Assembly: GCA_903825035.1 (NCBI GenBank)
Contig: CAIJYV010000030.1
Span: forward strand, 8,599-72,598
Direction: 5' to 3'
Source of the DNA: an uncultured Actinomycetes bacterium
GTDB lineage: Bacteria; Actinomycetota; Acidimicrobiia; Acidimicrobiales; RAAP-2
DNA length: 64,000 bases
This document shows positions 37,676 to 47,907 of this stretch, piece after piece. A model generated the notes under the pieces. It saw nothing but the letters and a program-made list of their open reading frames with translations, was not told the DNA's origin and did no database searches. Positions within the stretch are counted from its first letter, which is position 1. The number at the start of each line of letters is the position of its first letter. The position numbers and the translations under genes are program-made.

Positions 37676-38575
37676 GTGTCGTTATTCACGGTAGGCACGG
37701 TAGAGCTTAACGGACCCGTTCTGACGGCTGCGGGCACTGGAGGGCTCGGTGCCGAGTTGTCCGAGTACGGAGACCTTTCGACACTTGGGGGAATTGTTGT
37801 GAAGTCCCTCGCTGCATTCGAATGGGCGGGTAATCCCGCGCCACGGGTAGCTTCATGGGGCGAATCAATGCTCAATTCAGTCGGGCTCAGCGGACCTGGT
37901 GTGGCGCGGTGGCGGAGCGAATACTTGCCAGCGCTCGAGCAGGCGAGGGCGAAGATAGTTGCTTCAATCTGGGGGAGAAGCGTGCAGGAGTTCTCCAAGG
38001 CCGCTCTCGCGCTAGCGGGCGCAAATATCTGTGCGCTCGAGGTCAATGCGAGTTGCCCAAACCTTGAGGGGCGAACTGGCATCTTCGCCCACTCCGCGTC
38101 ACTCACTTCTGAGCTCGTGTCGGCAGCCAAAGCGGCTGGTTTTCCGGTGTGGATTAAGTTGAGTCCGAACACGCCAGACTTAATAGAGATTGCCGATGCC
38201 GCGCTTGGGGCTGGCGCTGATGCACTCGTACTCACCAACACCCTGCTCGGGATGGCAATTGACACACAGACACGACGACCAATTCTTGGTAACCACGTTG
38301 GGGGCGTGAGTGGGAAAGGAATCTTTCCGATCTCTCTGCGCGCTGTCTTCGAGTGCCGCGCGGCTTTCCCAGAAGCCCCAATTGTTGGCGTTGGTGGTAT
38401 ATCGAATGGCGATGATGCAGTCGCTATGGTTATGGCGGGTGCTGATGCGGTCCAAGTTGGAACGGCAATCTTCGAGAATCCGCGCGCACCGTGGCGGATT
38501 CAAAGGGAGATGCTGGATTGGCTCTTGAAGAATGGCACAACTATTTCTGAGTTGAAGGGTGTTGCCCATGGATGA
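37676..38575 (+). CDS. pyrD: Dihydroorotate dehydrogenase, class 1 (Cys active-site base)
   Basis: About 299 aa from the GTG at 37676, 2 nt after the carB stop (track ORF starts at 37637). Contains EVNASCPN with a catalytic Cys. No class 2 N-terminal membrane extension. Confidence 0.9.
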   Translation: MSLFTVGTVELNGPVLTAAGTGGLGAELSEYGDLSTLGGIVVKSLAAFEWAGNPAPRVASWGESMLNSVGLSGPGVARWRSEYLPALEQARAKIVASIWGRSVQEFSKAALALAGANICALEVNASCPNLEGRTGIFAHSASLTSELVSAAKAAGFPVWIKLSPNTPDLIEIADAALGAGADALVLTNTLLGMAIDTQTRRPILGNHVGGVSGKGIFPISLRAVFECRAAFPEAPIVGVGGISNGDDAVAMVMAGADAVQVGTAIFENPRAPWRIQREMLDWLLKNGTTISELKGVAHG

Positions 38576-39401
38576 GACCTTCGGTCAAAGGCTCGCTGAA
38601 CGCGTGCGAGACCAAGGAGGGCTTTGCGTCGGGATTGATCCGAGCTCTGCCACCCTGCACGAGTGGGACCGCCCAGACACGGTCGAAGGGCTCGAGTATT
38701 TCGCTCGAGCGCTCGTCGAATTAGCCATTGAAGAAGTTGCGATGATTAAACCTCAAGTTGCCTATTTCGAACGATTCGGCTCCAAGGGGTATGCCGTGCT
38801 CGAGCTCGTACTCTCTGAGGCGCGTGATGCCGGATTGTTGACAATCGCTGACGCGAAACGCGGCGATATTGGTTCAACTAATTCTGGATACGCTCAGGCC
38901 TGGCTGGGTGAAAATTCATCCTTGCGAGCCGATGCGGTGACAGTAAGCCCATTTCTCGGGGTGGGATCTATGGCAGATTTTTTCTCGCTCGCCCAGCGCT
39001 CGAGTCGAGGAGTCTTCGTATTGGCAGCAACGTCAAATTCCGAGGGTCGAACGGTCCAGCGCGCTCACACCGACAGCGGAGAGCGAATTGAGGAACTGAT
39101 TCTTCGATCAATTCGAGAATTTAACCAACGTGATGAAGGGCTGGGTTCGGTAGGTGCAGTAGTGGGTGCAACGAGGGATGACATCTCCTTTGAGTGGGAG
39201 TCAATGTCCGGCCCCTTTCTCGTTCCCGGGGTGGGTGCGCAGGGCGCGACGGTAGCGCAAGTGGCGCGTATGTTCGAGCGTTGCGCCAAGGGAACCGTAG
39301 TTGTCCCAATTTCTCGAGGCATTACTCAAGCGGGACCTTCGAAGAGTGCACTGCGAGATGCCATGAGGCGATTTGGTGACGAGGTACGCGACTCTTTTTG
39401 A
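38568..39401 (+). CDS. pyrF: Orotidine 5'-phosphate decarboxylase (long, type 2 form)
   Basis: MDETFGQRL...GLCVGIDP...ADAKRGDIGST motifs. The ATG at 38568 overlaps the pyrD stop (ATGGATGA). Confidence 0.9.
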   Translation: MDETFGQRLAERVRDQGGLCVGIDPSSATLHEWDRPDTVEGLEYFARALVELAIEEVAMIKPQVAYFERFGSKGYAVLELVLSEARDAGLLTIADAKRGDIGSTNSGYAQAWLGENSSLRADAVTVSPFLGVGSMADFFSLAQRSSRGVFVLAATSNSEGRTVQRAHTDSGERIEELILRSIREFNQRDEGLGSVGAVVGATRDDISFEWESMSGPFLVPGVGAQGATVAQVARMFERCAKGTVVVPISRGITQAGPSKSALRDAMRRFGDEVRDSF

Positions 39402-39431
39402 AAATCTGCGCCGGAAGAGTAATCTTGCACC

Positions 39432-39752
39432 ATGGTTCCAACTCCTCCGACCCTCACCCAAGAGCAGCGTGTGCTGGCCTCTCGGTTGGCGGTGGCGAAC
39501 CGGCGCCGGCGCGCAGAAGTCAAGAAGCAGGTCAAGTCTGGTGAGCTAACCCTCGCCAACCTGTTCGCTTTGGCTGATTCCGAAGATTGCATCGCCCAGA
39601 TGCGGGCGTTCGATCTCATCAGCGCTCTTCCCGCGGTTGGTGAAGTCAAGGCCGCCAAGATTATGGCGGCGGGAAATATCGCTGAGACTCGACGAATCCG
39701 GGGCTTGGGTCCTAAACAGCGTGAACTACTCTTCCGAGCTCTTGTCCGATAA
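39432..39752 (+). CDS. mihF: Actinobacterial integration host factor
   Basis: 106 aa. ...AEVKKQVKSGELTL...LPAVGEVKAAKIM...RRIRGLGPKQRELL is typical of mIHF. The pyrF-mihF-gmk-rpoZ order matches mycobacteria. Confidence 0.85.
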   Translation: MVPTPPTLTQEQRVLASRLAVANRRRRAEVKKQVKSGELTLANLFALADSEDCIAQMRAFDLISALPAVGEVKAAKIMAAGNIAETRRIRGLGPKQRELLFRALVR

Positions 39753-40308
39753 ACCTCTTGTCATTGTTCTCATCGGACCTGGTGGGGTAGGCAAGGGTAC
39801 GATTGCTCGCAATCTCATTGGTCGTGATTCGAGACTGTGGCTTTCTCGCTCGTGGACCACACGCGAACCTCGCCCGAGCGAAAACGGAACCGAGTACTAC
39901 TTCGTCTCTCGAGACACCTTCGAGGAAGGAATTGCCGAGGGCAAGTTTCTCGAGTGGGCCGAATTCAATTCCAACCTCTACGGAACCCCACATCCGAGCG
40001 TGCCCAACGAATATGACGTGGTCTTGGAGATTGAGATTCACGGGGCCATTCAAGTTGCCGAACATTACCCAGATGCGGTCATCATTCAAATCCAACCACC
40101 TGATGTGGAGACCCTCACCGAACGGCTCCGAGGTCGTGGCGACAGCGAGACTCACGTGGCCCAGCGTCTCTCGACGACACCCTGGGAGACCGAAAAAGGC
40201 AAAGAAATAGCCCACTATCAGGTAGTTAATGACGATTTGGAGAGAGCGACTTCCCAAATCATCTCTATACTGGAAGAACTTCGGTCTACCCGAAACCCCT
40301 CGAACTAA
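39742..40308 (+). CDS. gmk: Guanylate kinase
   Basis: P-loop GPGGVGKGT, TTREPRPSE..G.EYYFV. The start is uncertain: TTG 39742 or GTG 39721. The track ORF 39637 overlaps mihF heavily. Confidence 0.92.
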   Translation: MSDKPLVIVLIGPGGVGKGTIARNLIGRDSRLWLSRSWTTREPRPSENGTEYYFVSRDTFEEGIAEGKFLEWAEFNSNLYGTPHPSVPNEYDVVLEIEIHGAIQVAEHYPDAVIIQIQPPDVETLTERLRGRGDSETHVAQRLSTTPWETEKGKEIAHYQVVNDDLERATSQIISILEELRSTRNPSN

Positions 40309-40318
40309 AGGACCATTG

Positions 40319-40708
40319 ATGGCTGAGCGCCCTACTCTTGTTGACCCACCTATCGAAGCATTGCTGAAGAAGGTTGGCGACTCCAAGTTCACTCTCGTCG
40401 CCGTATCTGCTCTGCGCGCGCGTGACATCAACGATTACAACTCAAGTTTCGGTTCGAGCAAGCGTCGCCCAACTCCTCCACAAGTGAACATCCTGTCAAA
40501 CAAGTCGCTTTCTATTGCGATGGAAGAACTGTACGAAGGCAAGTTGGAGTTTCACCGCCCAACCGCCGAAGAGCTCGAGGTAGAGCGCGCTCAAGCCGAG
40601 GCGGCCGCTGCGGCGCAAGCCGAACTTGGTGCCGAAGCCAGCTTGGGCTTTGCCGAGGCTGAGATCAAGGGTGACATCACCGCGTTGATCAATGACCTCG
40701 CCGACTGA
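40319..40708 (+). CDS. rpoZ: DNA-directed RNA polymerase omega subunit (with an Ala/Glu-rich C-terminal tail)
   Basis: MAERPTLVDPPIEALLKKVGDSKFTLVAVSALRARDIN is the actinobacterial RpoZ signature. ATG at 40319 follows AAGGA. Confidence 0.85.
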   Translation: MAERPTLVDPPIEALLKKVGDSKFTLVAVSALRARDINDYNSSFGSSKRRPTPPQVNILSNKSLSIAMEELYEGKLEFHRPTAEELEVERAQAEAAAAAQAELGAEASLGFAEAEIKGDITALINDLAD

Positions 40709-41921
40709 AGATACTCGTAAACGTATTGTTGTAGGCGTAGGCGGAGGAATTGCCGCCTACAAAGCCATTGAGCTTGTCCGTTTGCTGAAAGAGCAAGGCT
40801 TTTTTATCTCACCGGTCCTAACCTCTGCGGCCAAAGAATTTGTGGGTGAGTTGACCTTCTCGGCCCTGGCATCAGAACCAGCCCGTAGCGAACTCTTCGC
40901 CGATAAATCAACGCCGATTCCGCACACCTATCTGGGGCAAAATGCTGACGCCATTGTCGTCGTGCCGACCACCGCGCACCTCCTTGCCCGTTTGGCAATG
41001 GGTATTGCTGATGACCTATTGAGCGCAACCATTTTGGCGACTCGGGCACCTGTCATTTTGGCTCCGGCGATGCATACCGAGATGTGGGAGCAACCATCGG
41101 TGCAGAAGAACCTTCAAATCCTCCGATCGAGGGGTTATTTGATTGTGGGACCCATTGACGGTGCCTTGGCCGGAGGAGACTCTGGAATGGGCCGTTTGGC
41201 CGACCCCGTCGAGATCGCCAGAACGGTGTTCTCGGTAGTCGAAGGATTCGAGGGGCCATTAACCGGGAGGAGACTGGTCATTAGTGCCGGTGCTACCAAA
41301 GAGCCCTTAGACCCGGTCCGTTACTTGACGAATCGTTCAAGCGGTCGTCAAGGTCATGCCTTAGCCGAGGTTGCGGCGCGTATGGGAGCCTCGGTGGCTC
41401 TGGTAACGGCGAGCCCACTTGAATTGGCGCCGGACGTGCGAGGGTCGATTCAAGTAGTGAGGGTGAACACTGCTCACGAAATGCGCGAATCAATGGATAA
41501 GTTCTTTGCCGTGGCTGACGTGGCGATCATGTCGGCCGCTGTGGCTGACTACACCTTCCAGCCAGCTGAAGAGAAACTAAAGAAGCGTGACGGTGCGCCA
41601 AACCCCCAATGGGAAGAGACCGCAGACATTGTGACTGGTCTCGTGGCAAATAGAAAGACCGGCCAACTTGTTGTGGGCTTTGCTGCGGAGACCACGGACG
41701 TTCTGGAGAATGCGAAGGCCAAGCTCGCGGCGAAGGGGCTGGACTTGCTCGTAGTGAATGACGTGAGCGACCTGAGCATTGGATTCGATGGGGTAGAGAA
41801 TGCGGTGACAATCTTGTCGTCCTCCGAGCCCGCCCAATCGGTCGCCAAGGCCGATAAAGACTCCATTGCTCTAGAGGTCTTGACTAGGGTTAATTTATTG
41901 TTATTGAAGGAGAACCAATGA
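40692..41921 (+). CDS. coaBC: Bifunctional phosphopantothenoylcysteine decarboxylase / phosphopantothenate-cysteine ligase
   Basis: 409 aa. N-terminal flavoprotein domain ([11 protein letters not shown]) and a C-terminal CoaB domain ([22 protein letters not shown]). Confidence 0.93.
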   Translation: MTSPTEDTRKRIVVGVGGGIAAYKAIELVRLLKEQGFFISPVLTSAAKEFVGELTFSALASEPARSELFADKSTPIPHTYLGQNADAIVVVPTTAHLLARLAMGIADDLLSATILATRAPVILAPAMHTEMWEQPSVQKNLQILRSRGYLIVGPIDGALAGGDSGMGRLADPVEIARTVFSVVEGFEGPLTGRRLVISAGATKEPLDPVRYLTNRSSGRQGHALAEVAARMGASVALVTASPLELAPDVRGSIQVVRVNTAHEMRESMDKFFAVADVAIMSAAVADYTFQPAEEKLKKRDGAPNPQWEETADIVTGLVANRKTGQLVVGFAAETTDVLENAKAKLAAKGLDLLVVNDVSDLSIGFDGVENAVTILSSSEPAQSVAKADKDSIALEVLTRVNLLLLKENQ

Positions 41922-43111
41922 CTGAGCGCACGCTCTTTACCTCGGAATCGGTCACCGAAGGCCACCCAGACAAGATTGCCGATCAGGTTTCGGATGCTGT
42001 CTTGGACGCAATTCTTGCCGCTGACCCCAAGGCCCGTGTTGCTTGTGAGACTCTCCTCACTACTGGTCTGTGCGTAGTTGCCGGCGAAGTCACGACGACT
42101 GCATGGGTTGACGTAAACGAAATTGCCCGTAAAACGATTCTCGATATTGGTTATGACAGCGGCGAAAAGGGATTTGACGGCAAGAACTGTGCCGTACTGG
42201 TTTCGTTTGATAACCAGAGTGTTGACATCGCTGGTGGCGTCGACGAAGCCCTCGAAAAGCGCAGCGGCAATGCCGGGGAAGATGAGCTGAACGCACTCGG
42301 CGCTGGTGACCAGGGAATGATGTTTGGCTATGCGTGCAATGACAATGACGACTACATGCCAACTCCCATTTGGTTGGCCCACCGTCTCAGTGAGCGCTTG
42401 AGTCAGGTTCGCCGAACGGGACTCTTGCCCTATTTGCGCCCTGACGGCAAGACGCAAGTGACGATTGCCTATGAGGATGGTCGCCCCGTAGCGGTCGATA
42501 CCGTGTTGATTTCTACCCAACACGAGGAGAGCGCCACTCAAGCCCAGATTGAAAAGGACTTGATCGAACACGTTATTCGCCCAATGCTGCCTTCGAATTT
42601 GGACTCGAGCTCAACTCGCTTCATTGTCAACCCCTCGGGAAAATTCGTCCTCGGCGGCCCTCACGCGGACACCGGTCTAACCGGGCGCAAAATTATCGTA
42701 GACACCTATGGCGGAATGGCTCGTCACGGTGGAGGCGCATTTTCCGGCAAGGACCCTTCGAAGGTAGACCGTTCGGCGGCCTACGCCGCACGATGGGTAG
42801 CCAAGCACGTAGTAGCTGCGGGTGCGGCGGACCGTTGTGAGGTACAGGTTGCTTACGCCATTGGTATGGCCCAGCCAGTTTCTGTCTTGGTAGAGACTTT
42901 CGGTACCGAAAAGGTCCCTCACGAGAAGATCTCGGCGGCTATTACGAAATTATTTGATTTACGTCCAGCGGCAATTATTCGAGATCTCGACCTGTTGCGT
43001 CCTATCTATCAGAACACGGCTGCCTACGGTCACTTCGGTCGAAGCGACGCGGGATTCACATGGGAGCAGACTCCCCGAGTGGAGTTGTTGCGTCAGGAGC
43101 TGTCGCTATAA
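41918..43111 (+). CDS. metK: S-adenosylmethionine synthetase
   Basis: 397 aa. [19 protein letters not shown] and GGGAFSGKD motifs. Confidence 0.97.
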   Translation: MTERTLFTSESVTEGHPDKIADQVSDAVLDAILAADPKARVACETLLTTGLCVVAGEVTTTAWVDVNEIARKTILDIGYDSGEKGFDGKNCAVLVSFDNQSVDIAGGVDEALEKRSGNAGEDELNALGAGDQGMMFGYACNDNDDYMPTPIWLAHRLSERLSQVRRTGLLPYLRPDGKTQVTIAYEDGRPVAVDTVLISTQHEESATQAQIEKDLIEHVIRPMLPSNLDSSSTRFIVNPSGKFVLGGPHADTGLTGRKIIVDTYGGMARHGGGAFSGKDPSKVDRSAAYAARWVAKHVVAAGAADRCEVQVAYAIGMAQPVSVLVETFGTEKVPHEKISAAITKLFDLRPAAIIRDLDLLRPIYQNTAAYGHFGRSDAGFTWEQTPRVELLRQELSL

Positions 43112-44823
43112 CCAGTAACCCTCGCGCAGTTCGCGTCGTTACTGAAGTCGCGGCTGTTGAGAAAGCATTTGATTATGCCGTCACCGAGGCCACTGAGATG
43201 GTGGGAATTGGTGATCGAGTTCGAATTAATTTTCACAATCGATCGGTGCGTGGGTGGGTCGTCGATGAGGGTGACTTCACGCCCGAATTGAAGCCCCTCG
43301 CTAAGTGGCAAGGATTTGGGCCTCCGAGCACAATGCTCCCGTTGCTCCACTGGGCTTCACGTCGATGGAGCGCCCCGTTGGCGAGATTCTTGCTCGCCGC
43401 GTCGCCGACCAAGCAATACAAGTCTTTACCAGCCTCGAGAATTGATTCGACGCCGTCTCTCGAAATTGAAGAACACGCGTTGATTGTCGAGCCCGGACTC
43501 CACTTGATTGGACCTTGCACCGATCCACTAGCTCTAATCCTTGGCGCCCATTGGCAGACTCGGAACAGTGATGGTTCTCTGTTGGTCCTAGTGCCAACAG
43601 AAGCCTGGGCGATACGGCTTCGAGGGCGACTAGAGCAACGCGGCCTTAACGTGGCCTGTGGGGACGGCGAGTGGGATCGAATGCGAGCTGGTTGGCCGGT
43701 GATTGTTGGTGCCCGCGGAACCGCCTTTGCACCAGCCCCAAAGATTCGTGGTGCCGTAATCGTGGATTGCGATGATGAAGCGTTCCGGTCTGAATCATCA
43801 CCCACGTGGGATGCACTATCGGTACTTGAGAAACGGTGTGAACTCGACGGGGCGCCTTTGTGGGCGACATCTCTTGTTCCCGTCGCATCAACCTTGGGTA
43901 TGAATGGGCAATCTCGACCCAAGTCCACACCGGCAACTTGGCCGGAGGTGGTTGTGGCCGATCGGCGAGATGGCGACCCTCACGAAGGGGTGTTGTCGGC
44001 TCTGGCGCTTGAAGCGGCCGATAGAGCTCTCGAAGGTACAGAACCGGTGGCACTCTGCGTGGTCCTCCAACGCCTTGGTGCAGGACGGTTATTGGCGTGT
44101 CGCAACTGTGGTGAACTCGCTCGCTGCTCAGTTTGTGGGGGAGCGGAAGTTGAGGTCGACGGAAAACTGAGTTGTGGCGAAAGACACGAAGAGCGAGAGA
44201 ATTTCTGCAGAAACTGTGGCGCGACCAATCTACGAGCGGTTCGTTCGGGGGTGACCACTCTGGCCCGCGATGTAGCGGCCCAGTTGCGTCAAGAGGTCTC
44301 TGAAGTCACTGCGGCAACTGATGCTGCCACTTCTTTGAAGCGAGTCGTAGTTGGAACGGAGGCGATCTGGCAACGTGTTCGAAGGGCCTCGTTGGTCATA
44401 TTTGTTGACTTTGACCAATACCTTCTCGCGCCTCGAGAAAACTCACGGATCGCAGCGCTGACCGCGATTGCGAAGGCGGGACGGCTTGTTGGTTCGCGAG
44501 TTGATGGTCGCGGTTCGGTATTGGTGCAAACCCGACGTGGTGAAGACCTGGTACTTTCGGCGGCCAACCGAGGTGAGCTGGCAGAGATCGTGGATGATGA
44601 AGTGGAAACTGCTGAATTACTTGGGCTGCCGCCCTACGGGTGGCGTTGCGAAGTGAGTGGGGAAAACTCGAAAAAGTACATCGATTCGCTGGGCGTGGAA
44701 GAGGTTCGAATTCGCGAAACCAATACCGGCTTCATTGTCACCGCCTCCGACCTCGAAACCCTATCGAGTGCGCTGTCAACTGCGAAACACCCGGGAGGAC
44801 GGCTGCGCATCGCTCGCAATTAG
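43060..44823 (+). CDS. priA: Primosomal protein N' (PriA) homolog with degenerate helicase motifs
   Basis: 587 aa. PriA-type N-terminal DNA-binding region ([16 protein letters not shown]) and a Cys-rich zinc region ([15 protein letters not shown]...CGERH...CRNCG). No GxGKT Walker A is visible. The only canonical start, ATG 43060, overlaps metK by 52 nt. Confidence 0.8.
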   Translation: MGADSPSGVVASGAVAITSNPRAVRVVTEVAAVEKAFDYAVTEATEMVGIGDRVRINFHNRSVRGWVVDEGDFTPELKPLAKWQGFGPPSTMLPLLHWASRRWSAPLARFLLAASPTKQYKSLPASRIDSTPSLEIEEHALIVEPGLHLIGPCTDPLALILGAHWQTRNSDGSLLVLVPTEAWAIRLRGRLEQRGLNVACGDGEWDRMRAGWPVIVGARGTAFAPAPKIRGAVIVDCDDEAFRSESSPTWDALSVLEKRCELDGAPLWATSLVPVASTLGMNGQSRPKSTPATWPEVVVADRRDGDPHEGVLSALALEAADRALEGTEPVALCVVLQRLGAGRLLACRNCGELARCSVCGGAEVEVDGKLSCGERHEERENFCRNCGATNLRAVRSGVTTLARDVAAQLRQEVSEVTAATDAATSLKRVVVGTEAIWQRVRRASLVIFVDFDQYLLAPRENSRIAALTAIAKAGRLVGSRVDGRGSVLVQTRRGEDLVLSAANRGELAEIVDDEVETAELLGLPPYGWRCEVSGENSKKYIDSLGVEEVRIRETNTGFIVTASDLETLSSALSTAKHPGGRLRIARN

Positions 44824-44857
44824 CCCCGCTTTGCCATCGGCAAGGTAACGTTGTTGT

Positions 44858-45394
44858 ATGAGCACAATGCCAATTCGCACTTACCCGGACCCGGTCCTGG
44901 CACAGCCGACTATTGAAATAGATAATATTGACGGGAAGATCGCCCAGCTCGCCCAAGTGATGTTGGAAACGATGTACCAAGCTCCTGGTGTTGGACTGGC
45001 CGCTAATCAGGTTGGTATCCAAAAGAAGATCTTCGTTTACGACAAGGGGGACGGCCCCAATGTCGTTATTAATCCAGTGATTGTTGAGACCTCTGGCACC
45101 TGGACCTACGAAGAGGGGTGTCTGTCAGTGCCCGATTTGCACTGGAATATCGTCCGACCCAACAAGGTCCATCTCCAAGGCTTAGACCTTGATGGCAACA
45201 CCTTGGACGTCGAGGTCGACGAATACCACGGACGAATTTTCCAGCACGAAACAGACCATTTGAATGGAATATTGCTGATTGAGCGTCTCAGTGAGGAGCA
45301 AAAGCAATCCACCAAAAAAGAACTTCAGCGAATGCGGTTGTCACCGCCGGCGAATTCTCACGATGGGTTGCATCTTCTCTTCGGTGACGAGTGA
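44858..45394 (+). CDS. def: Peptide deformylase
   Basis: 178 aa. GVGLAANQVG, EGCLSVP and HETDHL motifs. Confidence 0.95.
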   Translation: MSTMPIRTYPDPVLAQPTIEIDNIDGKIAQLAQVMLETMYQAPGVGLAANQVGIQKKIFVYDKGDGPNVVINPVIVETSGTWTYEEGCLSVPDLHWNIVRPNKVHLQGLDLDGNTLDVEVDEYHGRIFQHETDHLNGILLIERLSEEQKQSTKKELQRMRLSPPANSHDGLHLLFGDE

Positions 45395-46278
45395 GAATAA
45401 TCTTCTTAGGCACTCCCGAGCCGGCTGGACGAATTCTTGACTCTATTGTCGCAGCAGGGCACGAAGTACTGCTAGTTATTACCCGACCTGACGCCAAGCG
45501 AGGTCGCGGCGGAACCCTGAGCCCATCGCCGGTGAAAGAGGCGGCACTTCGATTGGGTATACCGGTGTCACACGAACTTGCCGATCTCGATCATGTCAAT
45601 GCAGAACTAGGCGTGGTGGTTGCCTATGGAGCAATCATTCCGGCAGTCCGTCTGGAAAAACTTCCAATGTTGAACGTGCACTTTTCGCTATTACCACGGT
45701 GGCGGGGTGCGGCCCCAGTCGAGCGCTGCATCTTGGCGGGCGATGAGGAGACGGGAGTGGATGTGATGACCCTCGAGCCCACCCTTGATACCGGACCCAT
45801 ACACCTGGAGTTAGTGACCAAAGTAGCGGACAAGTCCGCCGCAGCCTTGCTCGAAGAGCTGACTGACCTCGGTGCGCAGGCAATTGTCAAAGTCTTGAAT
45901 GATCCTCAGTTGCGGGCAGTCTCTACTCCCCAAAGTGGCGAAGCCACCTACGCCGCAAAGCTCACAGCAGCCGACTTCATAATCAGCCCTTCACTATCTA
46001 CAGAACACGCTCTTCGAGTGGTCCGTCTGGGGCGCACAAGGATTGAAACCTCCAAGGGAAGCCTGCGAATCGTTTTGGCAAGAGCTTCTGAACTCTTCGT
46101 GGCTCCGGGGCAAATAAGACTCTTAGAGGGCGCTGTCTTGTTGGGCTGTGCGGACGGTGCCCTCGAGTTGCTTGAGGTACTCCCATCGGGTTCTCGAATC
46201 ATGACCGGTTCGGCGTGGTGGGCGGGAGTTCGCGATGAGGCTCTCGATTGGTCCTCAGTTCAACTTGCTGGCGAATAG
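45391..46278 (+). CDS. fmt: Methionyl-tRNA formyltransferase
   Basis: 295 aa. MRIIFLGTPE and HFSLLPRWRGAAP motifs. Confidence 0.93.
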   Translation: MRIIFLGTPEPAGRILDSIVAAGHEVLLVITRPDAKRGRGGTLSPSPVKEAALRLGIPVSHELADLDHVNAELGVVVAYGAIIPAVRLEKLPMLNVHFSLLPRWRGAAPVERCILAGDEETGVDVMTLEPTLDTGPIHLELVTKVADKSAAALLEELTDLGAQAIVKVLNDPQLRAVSTPQSGEATYAAKLTAADFIISPSLSTEHALRVVRLGRTRIETSKGSLRIVLARASELFVAPGQIRLLEGAVLLGCADGALELLEVLPSGSRIMTGSAWWAGVRDEALDWSSVQLAGE

Positions 46279-46287
46279 GCTCTAAGC

Positions 46288-46959
46288 ATGTCCGCAACAG
46301 AATTTGGCGCATTGCGCATTGCACCCTCAATCCTTTCCGCAGACTTCGGTTATTTAGGCGCAGCTATTGGCATGATTAGTGATCAGATTGAATGGCTGCA
46401 CGTAGATGTCATGGATGGGCATTTTGTCCCAAACATCACAATCGGACCACCAGTGGTTAAATCGCTTCGCAAACACTCCGATTTGTTTTTTGATTGTCAC
46501 TTAATGATTAGCGAACCATGGAAGTACCTAGAAGACTTCAAGAAAGCTGGAGCCGACAGTTGCACCTTCCACGTCGAGGTCGGGCAAACCGAGGAAACCA
46601 TCAAGCTGGCTCGTGAGCTCGGACTGCGAGTGGGCCTTTCGCTAAATCCCGACAAACCCTTCGAGTTAGTCGAGCCTTACCTAGATCAAGTCGACGTTTT
46701 GCTAGTGATGTCAGTGTTTCCAGGTTTTGGGGGCCAGAGTTTCATCCCCGGAGTCCTCGACACTGTTCGTAAGGCTCGAGTAGCTGTTGAGTCGAAGAAG
46801 CTACAGATGGATATTGAGATCGATGGCGGTATCGACTTAAATACTCTGCCGTTGGCCTTGGAGGCCGGGGCCAATGTTTTGGTAGCGGGAAACGCTATCT
46901 TTGGGCAGGATGACCCAGCAGCCGCACTCCGCGCCTTGCAGGATTCTTTGGTGGTCTAA
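46288..46959 (+). CDS. rpe: Ribulose-phosphate 3-epimerase
   Basis: 223 aa. IAPSILSADF, HVDVMDGHFVPN and VNPGFGGQ-like (VFPGFGGQSF) motifs. Confidence 0.95.
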   Translation: MSATEFGALRIAPSILSADFGYLGAAIGMISDQIEWLHVDVMDGHFVPNITIGPPVVKSLRKHSDLFFDCHLMISEPWKYLEDFKKAGADSCTFHVEVGQTEETIKLARELGLRVGLSLNPDKPFELVEPYLDQVDVLLVMSVFPGFGGQSFIPGVLDTVRKARVAVESKKLQMDIEIDGGIDLNTLPLALEAGANVLVAGNAIFGQDDPAAALRALQDSLVV

Positions 46960-46961
46960 GG

Positions 46962-47171
46962 GTGGAATCGCGCATCACGGGCGGCGTTGTTTCCTTTGAT
47001 GAATTCAGAGGCGATGGGGTGGTGACCACTGAGCTCGGCGAATCACTCTACTTCCACTGTGTCAGCATCGCTGATGGAACGCGCGTGATCCCTATTGGAA
47101 CTTTCGTGAGCGGAATTCGAGTCGTCGGGAGACTGGGCCAAGACGAAATCGCTGACTTGCGACAGTCTTAG
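46962..47171 (+). CDS. Small protein with weak cold-shock-domain-like features
   Basis: 69 aa, GTG start. GGVVSFDEFRGDGVV...LYFHCVSI loosely resembles CSD (G.V.WF...GFGFI...vFvH.s.i). Weak call. Confidence 0.4.
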   Translation: MESRITGGVVSFDEFRGDGVVTTELGESLYFHCVSIADGTRVIPIGTFVSGIRVVGRLGQDEIADLRQS

Positions 47172-47452
47172 CTATTGGCAGCACTGGCTCGAACGAAAGC
47201 CTGCTGCAGTTCGGAAAGTGCGCTCTTGTAAATGTCGCTGTGCTCTCCAAGTCGATCTGCACCGGTACTGATCACGGCGCTGGCCACATCGATAACGAGT
47301 TGAGCGTCAGCTAATCGGGCGGGGGACTCGCCAAGGTACATGGCGGCAATTTGGAACAGGACGAAGAGTTGATTAGCGAGAATGTCGGTGACTGGCGTCG
47401 TGCGCAAGTAGTCAATCTCTGATTCGAAATCTCCTGGAGTAGGTTCGCTCAT
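47168..47452 (-). CDS. Hypothetical protein (possibly DUF1844-like)
   Basis: 94 aa acidic protein. The family assignment is from memory only and is uncertain. Confidence 0.5.
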   Translation of the reverse strand: MSEPTPGDFESEIDYLRTTPVTDILANQLFVLFQIAAMYLGESPARLADAQLVIDVASAVISTGADRLGEHSDIYKSALSELQQAFVRASAANS

Positions 47453-47469
47453 GGCTTCTAGGGTAGTTC

Positions 47470-47907
47470 CTAGTGGTCGCCGCTACCCTCTCCACTACCT
47501 TCGCCGGCACCTTCGCCACTGCCGCTGAATGGACCACCATTGTCTTCGGAAGGGGGCCTATTTGGGACGGTGGTGGTCGTAGGTGTCTGGGTGGGCAAAG
47601 TGGTGGGTGTATTAGTTTTCGCTCCGTCCTCGTTTTTTGTTGCCACTCCAGTAGGGGTTTGAACAACTGGAGACGATGAAGCGGAGTTAGCCGGCGCCAC
47701 TGTCGTGTTAGTGGTTTGGGGTGTCGTCGTAGTGCTCGGAGTGCTCAGCATTGCTGAGGCACCCACAAAGACAAGCGCTGAGACAGCTAGGCCGCCGGCA
47801 ACCGCGACAACGGCATTCACTGCTGAAGATCCATAACGCTTACCTTGACGGCTCCCGCGTCGCGGTGACCGTGGAGCTTCGTATTCTGGGACTGGGGCAT
47901 CGAACAT
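47470..47907 (-). CDS. Membrane-anchored Thr/Pro-rich low-complexity protein
   Basis: 145 aa. Basic N-terminus, one TM segment (AVNAVVAVAGGLAVSALVFVGA), a T/P/S-rich region, and a (GEG[AS])n tail. TATATT ends 6 nt before the ATG. Confidence 0.5.
   Translation of the reverse strand: MFDAPVPEYEAPRSPRRGSRQGKRYGSSAVNAVVAVAGGLAVSALVFVGASAMLSTPSTTTTPQTTNTTVAPANSASSSPVVQTPTGVATKNEDGAKTNTPTTLPTQTPTTTTVPNRPPSEDNGGPFSGSGEGAGEGSGEGSGDH

Noticed and set aside
41549-42571. 340-aa ORF antisense to the coaBC/metK junction. Similar long antisense or shadow ORFs occur at 34574..35230, 35438..35998, 36914..37438 (carB), 37492..38265 (pyrD), 39712..40431 (gmk), 43233..43928 (priA), 52802..53455 (pheT) and 60342..61061 (argH).
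   Set aside because: All lie opposite strongly conserved housekeeping genes. Their products are low-complexity and rich in R/S/P/A, with no start context (no SD and no TANNNT). This is typical of shadow ORFs caused by codon bias on the sense strand.
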